Part shown: one piece after another, positions 47,530-58,905 of the stretch
Numbering within the stretch: position 1 is the first letter of the stretch
Layout: the number at the start of each line of letters is the position of its first letter
From: Trichinella spiralis
Taxonomy: Eukaryota
Assembly: GCF_000181795.1 (NCBI RefSeq)
Contig: NW_003526941.1
Span: forward strand, 626,266-690,265
Reading direction: 5' to 3'
Length of the DNA: 64,000 nt
The notes under the pieces: model-generated
Databases searched by the model: none
What the model was told of the DNA's origin: nothing
The model's input: the letters and a program-made list of their open reading frames with translations, nothing else
Translations under genes and position numbers: made by a program

Positions 47530-48110
47530 AAGCGTCAAGAGTAATTGTCTTTCCTTAGGTTTTCTCTCACGAAGAATTTCTTCATAGCGGAAATTATTTT
47601 AAGAACATTCTGTTTAGCTTCGCAGCTTTGCTAATTGTCTGGATCGTCTTCTACGAACTGATGAGCGGAATTCTGCGGTTGGAGTTCTCACTGGTGAATC
47701 TTCTTCTGAATCAACGACTCTTGTCAACATTCATTATGCATGCATAGCGCTATCAGGTCTTTAAGGTCATAATTGCTAAGACTTTCACCGTGAGACTCTA
47801 ATAATTGCTGAACATGTTGATCTGGGAAATACTTGTGCTATTTTGACATTTGAACTTGCTACTTTACTGCAGAAGTTATTATGGTTAGATCGCTTTTCAG
47901 TTCTATCAATTCAATTAGCTCCGCTAGTTGTAATATTTTCAAATTCATCTCCACTTTCTTGTTGAATATGATTGAAAATGCTTTTGTCTTTCCATAATTG
48001 TCTTCTCAAAAATGTTCGAATGTTCCGTTGCCTTCTTTTCTGTTCTTCAAATAGATGGGTTCTAGAACGAGATTTACTTTTGTTGTTGAAAACTTCGATC
48101 TCTTAGGTGC
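47530..48110 (-). pseudogene. Decayed Tigger/pogo transposase fragment
   Basis: Minus-strand peptides HVQQLLESHGESLSNYDLKDL and QFVEDDPDN*...YEEILRERKPKERQ resemble the Tigger/TIGD C-terminal region as I recall it. Stops and frameshifts are present, and the boundaries are approximate. Confidence 0.65.
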
Positions 48111-48770
48111 TGATGATTTTATCTTATCCGCATCTTTTAAATAATTGGTCTTATCGTCTACGTTGCTAAGTTAATATTAATGTAATTTTGAAAATGGGAT
48201 CTGCATTTTAAGAATTGATCTGAAATGCAGACGCACTCATCCACTATCTAACTTTCTGTGAGCAGCAAGCAATAGACGAAATTGTTATGCGTCATTCGCT
48301 GTCATTATCTCATAAAGCGTCAACTTTGTTGATAATAATGATAATGCTTAACGTAATTTGATAAGATTGCATGCTCTAATACTGATGAACCACAGAAACA
48401 ATTCTTCTAGTCAATGAAGCTATGTAAGTACTCATGAAAATAAATTGGCTTTTCATAAGCATGTTCTGTTTATGAATATTCAGAAATAAGTTTTTCTGAA
48501 TGTTCTTGCCATATTTTTCTTGTAACAGCTAAATGCTTGTAAATAAAGAAAAATTGTAAAGTTCGATATTTGTAAGTAACGAAAAGCCCGGAAGCGAAAC
48601 TGAAATTATGTTTATTTTATAACTATGAGCATCAAATGATAACAAAAAGCAGTACTTATTCATCAGTTCTGTTCAAAAGAAGCATTACATGAAAAATGAG
48701 TTTCTTCTTATAAAATTGAGAATTTTTATTTTAGATTTAGGCGATAAAAATGTAGGAAAACGAGATTGAT

Positions 48771-51700
48771 TCATGTTATTTTGTAGAACCATTCATCTAA
48801 ATCCATCATCTGTTCTTCTAATTCTTCCAATAATTCAGGGTCGAAAATGTCACGATATTGTGATTCTTCCCATACGACAGACTCTTTTACAGGCAAATTT
48901 GGATGGTTTGTGGTTTTCTTGGAAGGCCTGCAATAAATGCTTTCATCATATCATTCATCAAATAATCACATGAGGTATGTGTGCTAATTTATTTGTCATT
49001 CTTACTGATGATCATAAAAAATCACAGTCATAAAAAGTTAAATTAAATAATTAAAAAAGAAATGTGATTAATGCAAAATTTTGCATCGTTAGCAGCTTTA
49101 CAAACTTCTGTTCTAATACAGGCATTATAAACGTTTCAAAAAATTAATTTTACTCAAAAAGTAAGCAGTTATTACTAAGGGAAATAGAAGAAAAGCGATA
49201 AATAAATTCAAGTTTCATTTTTTGCTTTTGGTGTCGTTCATAGATGATAGTACTATTTAAATATTTCAATAGAGTTTGTTATTGTGCATGTTGAATTAAT
49301 TAAATGCTACATTTTGTTTGTATAAAATGGAAAATGTACAAATAAGTTTATTCGAATTCTATAGAATTGATTAATCCTTTTACATTTTAAAAATAATATG
49401 TAATACTGTAATTCAAATTCAATTGAGAATAACGAATTTATTTAAAATTTCTACATACTTGGAATCGCATTTCTTTTCGTAACTTTTCAGTGAAAAGCTT
49501 TGCTCTAATTCTTCGTTCACTCGGTAGAATGCGGCATCCGTATTGTCAAATTCATGTTCATAATTATTTTGAAACGTCGGTTCATTTGTATTAAGCATCA
49601 TGGCGTCATCAAAGATGGCGTCAAACTGCTCCCACAAACAGTAGCTGTTTTGCACATTTTCACAATTGCTGTAAAAATGAAAAATTAATAGGAATGCTTT
49701 TAAAAATGTACGGATTATAAATCAAATTATCATCATTATGCTTTTATATTATGCTACTATTTAAATGTCATTTTTTATGTAAAAACAATTATATAAGCAG
49801 CTACTGGACATTGTAAAAGAATATGTTTTGCATTACACTACACAACTATACAACTATGTAAATCCATTTACAAATCATTAATATATATGTATATATACAT
49901 ATATTACTCTATATACCTAATTAGACATTGTAGATCGTTTGGAGGAGAGTCGATGACATACTCATTCTGTAGATTGTTTTGATGATTTGTATTTTCTAAA
50001 ATTATAATGATTTTTCGTATGAAAATTTAGCATGTTAAAAAATTGTATACCTTCTGGCTGTGGCTGTATATCATTTTGATTGAATGTTTCTTGCGGTGAA
50101 CTAAAATATATTCAATTTTAATTTTTGATTTTACATTTTATTAAATTTTTACTTCTGCTGATAATAGGCATAATTTGCATTGAAAGCATGATCTGAAAAG
50201 GTATCAGTTTATAAAATTTCAGAGAATGTGACATGTAGTGGTTCATTCTGTTGTGAATGATATAATTACCGTTGATGTTGCCATGTGCATTGGCATTTTC
50301 CAAGTTGTTCTGTTCTCCAAACGTGTAGCAGAAAGGCTGCTCAGGAATGAACTGCTGCTGTGATGACGTGTTTGGTGGAATTTCCTGAATATTCTTTTCC
50401 ATATTGTTTTTATAAATTTCATTTGTATGCAGCGAACTATTTGGTTGCTCATAGAAGCTGAAAGTTAAAGTTTATTGTGACACGTATAAAACTGTAATGG
50501 TTAATGTAAACTTTTTGAGATGATTTTCTGTTGCCCCTTCCTGCGTTGCACAGCAGTTATTGATTTCCTGAATATTTGCATTGTTGTCATCGTTGACATT
50601 GCTTGTTAAGTTTGCTGCTACTTGATGTTCCTGTGGTGTGAAATTGAACGGATTTTTTCTTTCTGGTGCAAAGTTGAAGTTTCTTTGGTTTGTAAGAGTT
50701 GTCGTTTCTAGGTACTGAATAGGCTCATTTCCATTTGTGCTAGAACGATTGGTAACAGAACGGTATTCAAAGCATGAACTTGCGTATTCATTAATATAAC
50801 CGAAGTATGTATGTAAAATTTAAATTTGCAGCATGAGTGAAATTGTAAAGAAAAGTGGTAATAAAAGTAGTTAGTACCTGTTGATTCTTTCTGCGACATT
50901 TGCCGAATAAAAAGAAGTTCCAGCGTTGTTGTCATATCTTGTATTTTGTTCAGTTATCCAAAATTCATTATTTGCTGTTGAAAATAAATGAGAAATAAGT
51001 TTGAGGTAATAAAAATTAACCTGTAATTATGCTTACGATGAAGTAACATTACTGTGGGGGGAATTTTTTCTTCTTGACGATACTGATTAGTAAATAGATG
51101 TCTGAAAAAAATCAGTTAAATAGTGTTTAGTGGCTTTTTTTATCATTTCTCAGAACTGACCGTTCTACGTATTGCTGAGTATTTTGAACGTCATTAGATA
51201 AAGATTGCCTTTTCCGTTTTCGTCGTAAGAAATTGTTTTGTCGTTTGGTTATTGTACTGTTTTTATTTTGCGGATCAGCAATATTCAGTGTTCGTAGAAT
51301 TTTATAGTTGATTCCTCCACCGGCCATCCATTGCTTCATACAAGACTGAAAATCAGCATTGGCTAGAATTGGATCACATTTTGCACTTGCACAGTTCAGT
51401 ATTAGCGTTCCATCTCTAAAATTAGAAGTCTTTATTGGTATTGTGATGTTATTTGCAATGTTAAATACTGTATTGGATCGTTTTTTTATTTCTTAATTAT
51501 TTGCTTTTAATAAGAAAAACGAAAGTAATTCAGTAAAGGAGAACATAGTTAGTAATGAATTTTAAGTGACAAATTTACTCAATCTTGTGATTAGTAAATT
51601 ATTTCAATTCAAAATGGAACGTAGTTTCTTTTTTTACTGTAAAGGATTAAAAAAATCACTTGAAAATATAATCATTATGCCTAGCGTTCAGTTGGTTCAG

Positions 51701-53209
51701 CGTTGAATTTGATTGGTGGACATGCTTTTCTTCGGTTTCCAAATGTTCTTCTGTTTGTACATATCCGTCGGTGCACAAATCACCAATACCTGATAGTAAC
51801 TTTTCAAACTAATTTTACTTTTTTATAAGAGGAAATTTTTTATACCTTCGAAACCTTGGTGATGGAAAACTGCATTTTCCATTTCATGGTTTTCTTTAGA
51901 ATTAGTTCCAATTCCACCATTGCTTTCTTGGTAATTCATTGCGTTAATCGCTCTTTGTGTCGAAGCATCACTGAAATGGACAATACTGATGCAAATGTAA
52001 AACTTTGCTACCTTTTATTCTTTCTTTCATTTTTCTTCAGTATTCATATTTCTATCGAAATGTGATTAACGTTTTGCACGTAATTACATTGTAGAAAAAC
52101 TGCAGAAGCACAAAAGTAGAACATTACTTTAAAATGCTGGGTTAATTGTAAAAAATATTATCTATTATAATGTTATATTTTTTATGCCGTATAAACATTG
52201 ATTTTCAAAATCACTGCCGTATTATTGAATAAATACATTTAATTCCGTGTAAAGTCATTTAAGTCTTACATTTTTTCAATATATGCTTGGATTTTCTGCA
52301 CCATGGTAGTCAGTTTGGTTTCCTTTCTTTTCTCTTGCATCTCTTCTCTTAATTTGTCAAGCATATCAGCAGCCTAAAGTATATAGAACTTTATTTACAT
52401 TAATTATACTTATTTAATTTCATTTTTTATTAACCATGCTTGGCGGCATTTCATTTTTTCTTTTATGCATATTCACATGACATTTGAACGCAGGTACCCA
52501 ATGGAAGATCCGGTTGCATAGTGGGCACTCGAAAGCTCCATGAGGAATACGTTTTGAGGTGGAATTGAGTGAGGCATCATTGTCACAGACATACGTTTTG
52601 TCATCCGGGCATTCATGAGGATGACGACCTGGGTGAATTGTGCTGGGATTCTTAAATAACGAGAGATGTTTACAATTCAACATTATAATATCACATCTTT
52701 TAGCACTTAAATTTAAATACTAACTGATAAAACTTTATACACTCAGAAAATGGTATTTCCATATTTAGTTATTATGTTCTAATGAAATTATTGCTACAGG
52801 TAAATACTACGTAATTAAACATTCATGTACGGTTTCTCTACTCAAATTGAGTTTATAATTATTTTATTGTATTCCACATGAAAATTTGTGTGTTTTGGAA
52901 ATGATTAATTTTTAATAAAGATAAATAAATATGAATAATAGTCAAAATTAATGTATTCGGTTTTTGGGTAATTTTATGTGAAAACATACTGCAATGAAGA
53001 GCTAAATTAATCAAAGAATATGTATACATTTTGCTTAAATAAAGTGACGTGTAATTACGTTTAAAAGTGAAAGAAATTTACAATAAAATAAAATTCCTCG
53101 GATAACGTATTTATTGCTGAAATTAAAAGGAACTTCATACCTCGAAAGTGTAAGGTTGGTTCATTTGGTTTTTACCATGAAGGCAGTTGAATCCTGAGAA
53201 TGATTCCAT
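48771..53209 (-). CDS. C2H2 zinc-finger paralog C: fingers 1-2 degenerate, finger 3 intact, basic NLS-like patch, acidic C-terminus
   Basis: MESFSGFNCLHGKNQMNQPYTFE|NPSTIHPGRHPHECPDD...FECPLCNRIFHWVPAFKCHVNMH...M|AADMLDK. Exon 2 is 216 nt as in A and B. RRKRKRQ near 51210-51230. Tail exons at 49900-50460 are homologous to A and B. Middle exons were not fully resolved. Confidence 0.7.
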
Positions 53210-54400
53210 GGCTGCTGGTGATCGTGTATTCGATAAAAGACGAAATGAGTGCAGCGGTTCAAAAACCAACGTACTCTCTGAAAGCTACTGCGGGAAATGA
53301 CTGCGCCGTGACCTGTAATGTGTTTAAATTACATCTCATATTTCACTTTAAAATATGTCGTTAGTAATTTGTTTAAAGTTTTTCAAAACTACTGTAATTC
53401 ATTTTTTAATACTGTAATTAAATATATAATATATATTTAATTGAATACCTGATTAATATTTTCCATTAACATATGCGATTTATGCGTTCCGCCAATGTTG
53501 AGGGTCGACGGTATTTCTAAATTTAATATTTTTTAAAGTATGTTTGATTACCCTGATCGAATTGCATCTTTTTTTACGTAAACTGAATTTTAATTATTGT
53601 TAAGAAGATTAAATATTTGAACCTGAAGGTCACATATTGAAAAAGAAAGTAAATACGGAGTGCTTGCGTAGCATTTGCAGCTCATTGGTTTAAACACTTG
53701 TAATTCAATAATTAATAGTGCTTTAATTACGAGATACGAATGGAGACTATACATTTTTGTAAAATGATGCATTCAACCGAAGTGCCCTATTGCTTATTGT
53801 ACTGGTCGCGGGATGCAAGCCAATTATAATCCACTGAAGCAAGTTTTATGGTAGTCATATAGATTGTAGTATTACCGATCTTCATTCAAGGAATATGTCT
53901 TCAGGGAATTATTTTTTGTAATTGACTGTGGTATGTCAGTTAAATCAATATAATACTTTTTGAATAATTTTTTTTAATAATTATAATTATTTTAGTAATT
54001 CCACCTGTGAAGTTACTTTTTGATAAAAGTTTTTTTCTTCATTTCAATTCTTGTATTTTATTGAAAGCTTTTTATTTTAAAACTATGAAATACTAATTCA
54101 TTTGATTCACAGTACAGCATAAACTAACTGAGAGAAGATATAACAGCTACTGGTTTTTATAACATTAAATGCTGATGCAAATTCAAAATTTGATTATGAA
54201 GATATTATGCACAACTTTGATTCCAAGCATGAAATTATCTGCTTTTCAGAATATACAATCAAAACTTGACAGGCTATTAATTATTCAAATCATGAAAACT
54301 TTGTTAAGCAACCTTAAAACATATAAATTACAGAACGATATTTCAGTTTCATTGAAAAGCATTTTAACATTATCTTCTTGAATGAATGCTGCATTCACAG

Positions 54401-57400
54401 TTATAAACATTTGTTGGTGTTTGTTTCAACCTCGTATTGCTCCACATTCATGGCAATGCTGGTTGCTGAAACATTGTTTTGAAACATCTGGGACGAATCT
54501 GCGATTATTTCACTGCCATTGAATTGCTTTAATGAACCATTATCATATTCGAAGTCTTGATTATAGCTGTAAAAAGCAAAACATAAATGAAACAGTTTAT
54601 TCTCAGAATTTGTAGGAGGGAAAATTGATAGTGGTGTTATTTCTTACAATACAACAACAAAAATTAACATCTCTACCTAATTTGAGGTTGCACAATGTTC
54701 CAAAGAGGATGAAAAGTTTCATTTGCATATACCGCTTGTTGATTGTTTTGATAGTATGGATTTCCTAAAAGTGTAATAATAATTTCTTTAGATGAAAATT
54801 TAGCATGTTAAAGAACTGTAGACCTTCCGGCTGTGGGATAAACTGTTGATCGAACGTTTCATGCGGCTGATAATAGGCATAATTTGCATTGAAAGCATGA
54901 TCTGAAAATGTATCACTTTATAAAATTGCAGAGAATGTGACATGTAGTGGTTCATTCTGTTGTGAATGGTATAATTACCGTTGATGTTGCCATGTGCACT
55001 GGCATTTTGTAAATTGTACTGTTCTCCAAACGTGTAGTGAAAAGGCTGCTCAGGAATGAACTGTTGTTCTGTTGTCATGTTTGGCGAAATTTGATGAAAA
55101 TTTTTTGTCGTATTGTTTTCATAAATTCCATGAAAATTTGGTGAATACACAGTTTGGAATTCATCATTTAAATAGAGGGAACCATTTGGTTGCTCATAGA
55201 AACTGAAAGTTAAAAAGTTTATCATTTCTGTCTCTACAAAATTGTAATAATTGTTAATACTAACTTTTGAAAATGATTTACTGTTTCCTGTTTTGGCGTT
55301 GTATAATATTCACTTATTTTCTGAATGCTTTCACTGTTGGCAATTGTGGCAGTCTTTACAGTGTTTGTATTTACTTCATAATCTTCTGGTCTTATATCAT
55401 AAAGAACTTCTATAGATGAAGCTAGCCATCTTTTATCTTCTTGTTTATTGCTTAGTGAAGTATTGTGATACTTTTGATTTTCTGCGTTGAAGCTATTTTG
55501 ATACGTTATGTCCATATTTTCTTTTTTTCTGAAATAATTTTCATATGTGGAATATTTTTCCAAAGTTTCCTATTATCATTATAATTGATTGCAAAAGAAT
55601 AAATTTAAAAATTAAATTAATTAAGGGAATTAAAGTTAAATTGACTTTTTAAATCATTGTGGATGTAGTTAAATATCTGATGTAATGGTTTGCTAATTGA
55701 ATTGAATACAAACATTTCGATGTAGTTATTTATTGCTCTGTCCTGATGTGCTTCGTTTTCTGTACTGTATTGATGAACGTGTTCTTCTTTACTGACGCTG
55801 TCATAGGTGTATTGAGGAATGTGAGAATTGACTGGAATTGAAGTTCTGTACAACTGCTGGTGACTGTTTCTGAAACAGTTGTCATTGTTTTGAGCTTATG
55901 ATAATCTTCATTTGTGGAGATATTACAAAGCTTCAGTAAAATATGTTGAGAATGTTTAAGTAATTTAAGTATTAAAAGTTGTTGTTGAATTTTTAAATCG
56001 ACTTGCAATGTTATGAATTAAAATGTTTTAATTTGTTATTTTTTTAATGTTTGCCCTGTGATTTTATAACGTAAAATAAAAATAATGCATACCTTTCGAA
56101 GCTGCAATTTGTTTGAGCGCTTTGCTGAATTATATGGTTTCTCCAGTCTTTTCCACTACTTTTAATGTTGTTCCCATTGGCCACTGTTGGAAAGTTTTCT
56201 TTTTCCTCACCATTTGTTTCCCTTGGTTCGGTTTCATACAGAACTTCCATAGCTAAAGCTAGCAAATCTTTTTCTTCTTTTTCTTTGCCAACCAGAGAAG
56301 AAATGTGACGGTTGGACTGATTAGCTGGAAGTTCTGAACTTTCATTTGGATTTGTGCTGTAACAAGCGATGCTTTAAAAAATATTCAGCCTATTTATTAA
56401 TGGAAGTATGAAAACCTATGTTTGAATTTTAAGTTATATCTTTAATTTTGATTTCATAAATTTTGTATGCTCATTTATCATTCAGTAGTCTTAAATGCTA
56501 GTGATTTGAAATGTTTAAGTTGAGATTGTTGGAAATAAATTAACAGTGAATGCATACCTTTTTAAGTAGCAATCATATTCATCGCATTGCTGTATTGAGT
56601 AGTATTTGCATGGTTTCATAATGCATGCTCCTTGATTATATGTCTTAAAAAAGTTTTTTCCTTCGTAGTTGAATTGCCCTGTTGTGGCGCCATAAAAGCT
56701 TTTATTTTCTGGAGCTGCTGTATTACTTTGGTCATATTCTTTTGTGATTATAAAAGGATGGGAATAATGATTTTGGTACATATAGTTGGTGCCGTTTTGA
56801 AATGGTCTCTTTGGATTTTGTCTATAATAATTTGCAGCATTAGAATTTATTTGCTCCAGTATAAGTGAGTGCAGTGAAATGTACCAAAAATTTAAATATG
56901 TCATTTGTTTTAAATAGTAAAGAACGTGTAAAATATACTTGGTATTAGCTGATCCATTTGCCAGTTGCGAGAAACATTCCTCTGTATTAGTATAGAATGC
57001 ATTCGCTTCATTCATCCAGTATTTGTAATTTTTTGTGTTTTCATAATTATAGTTCTTTCTGAATGCACTTATTCCCGGTAGTTGACAATTAATTCTATCC
57101 TTTGCACCTTTATCGTACATATTAACAGTACCCTGCTGTTTGCCGCAGTTGTAGGGCAGAAGGTCTGGTAGATTTCTGCAATGAACAGTGATTAATATAC
57201 AGGTACTCGATAAATTTCTTATATCTTAATATTTAAGTTTCCGTTAATCCTTTTTATACGTGCTTTATGTGTTATAATTTTTAAATAACATATCATGGAA
57301 TATTTTATTAATATATAAATCCTGAAAAAACTGTTATAAATCCCTAGTGTAATTAATTGTTATTTTGACAGTTATAATGTTAGGTGCAATAAGATAAGTT

Positions 57401-58291
57401 GTTCTTTACTTTTCCATTATAGGATTTGGAATGTAGTTTTCTTTTTCTGCTTGTGCAGCAAGCTTCAATTGCTTCTTTTTGAAACGTACAACGTTTACGG
57501 TTCTTTCATAAAGTTGGCTAGCCTGGTAACAGGCAGTGTATTACTTTCATCAGAATTTTATTGATTTTATCTTTTACTCACCATTCCCGCTGTTATTTCT
57601 CCTTTCTTTTTGTGTACATTCAGATGCCATTTCAACGAGGCTTCCCACAAAAAGTCTGCTTTGCATAACATGCAAATGTAAAGCCGTTCGTTACTGTGAA
57701 TTCGCATGTGGTTGTGATAGGCACCACGATTATTGTAGCACTTGTTGCATTTGCTGCATTGGAAAGGACGAATACCAAAGTGGATGTTTATGTGATCCTG
57801 AAATTATAATAAAATGCTTTAACTTTCACTTTCACTTCATCAATTCACTGCCTTATTTTCAGATTTGTATAATTATTCACATTGTACTGTAAAGGTGACA
57901 GGTGACAGGTTGAACATTTCAAAAAAAAGTATGTGTGGTTGTTTCTATTTGAATTCTTATCTGCATTAGTAAATGTTATGCAATAGCATATTTAAATACA
58001 ACAGTTCCATGCACGTAATGATTCTAACCATATTACTGGTTTGAAAACGGTCTACAGTTTTTTAATTTGAATATAATTGATTTCTACTGAAAGGTTTTAA
58101 TGTATTTTATTTCTTTATTTGCAATAATTATTTGATGGAAATTTAAGTTAACAATGATGAACTGAAAATAAATTTACATTTTTTTAAACGTGGTGTATGG
58201 TTAAAAATATTAAAATTAAATTTAGAATTCACTCTCTTACCGAAAACTGGACACGTCCTTTGAATTTCTTTCCACAGAAAGGGCATTCCAT
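54401..58291 (-). CDS. C2H2 zinc-finger protein, paralog B: three N-terminal fingers plus an N/Q/Y-rich tail
   Basis: MECPFCGKKFKGRVQFS|DHINIHFGIRPFQCSKCNKCYNNRGAYHNHMRIHSNERLYICMLCKADFLWEASLKWHLNVH...M|ASQLYER. Last exon ends TNKCL-TAA at 54401-54403. Middle exons were not fully resolved. Confidence 0.8.
54424..55147. repeat. Copy 2 of the near-identical ~710-bp duplication (partner 42683-43394)
   Basis: Same sequence. ORFs 43047-43325 and 54800-55225 in the ORF track end in an identical 92-aa string. Confidence 0.95.
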
Positions 58292-58905
58292 TATTGCAAG
58301 CGTTCAGGTGTTGGATTAAAGAAGAATAAACTGCAGTAGTTTCAATGGCGTACGCCATTTCATGCATTTTAAAGCTTATTTTAAAGTTATTTTAGTTTAA
58401 ATTGTTTAAATGTTTCGTGTTTAAAATTTACTTTATTTTCAGTTGATTATTTCATACTGTATATTTTTCATAGTTACAGTTGCCATTGATTTGCAGCCAT
58501 CTTTTTATATCATATACAATTGTACAATCGTACAATCAGAACTACAATCGTTTCTGCTTCTGTTTTAATTTTCTTTAAACCAGCAAACTTTGTATTTGTA
58601 CTTTGTATTGTTTTACTGTAAATTGTTCAAGAAATTATTTAATAAACGATTAAATCAGTTAAGATAAAATTGAAGTCAATTAATTTAATAAAGTGATGAT
58701 TAAATTTAACTATTACTGCTCAGGCATGCTTAATATTCATTCAATAATACCTATTTATTACTATTACGGTCGATACTGTATGTCTTGGTAGGTTGATTTT
58801 TTTAAAGTTATTTGTGATGTTTGCGATTTTTCAGTTTTCATGTGTTGTTTTTTTTGTCAGGAAAAATAAACTTCTTATATACGTGCTCATTGTAATTTTA
58901 GAAGT

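Noticed and set aside
45582..57797. Exactly 12,000-bp offset between exon 2 of paralogs A and B
   Set aside because: Other homologous segments have different offsets (about 11,740 bp for the tail tract), so this is coincidence.
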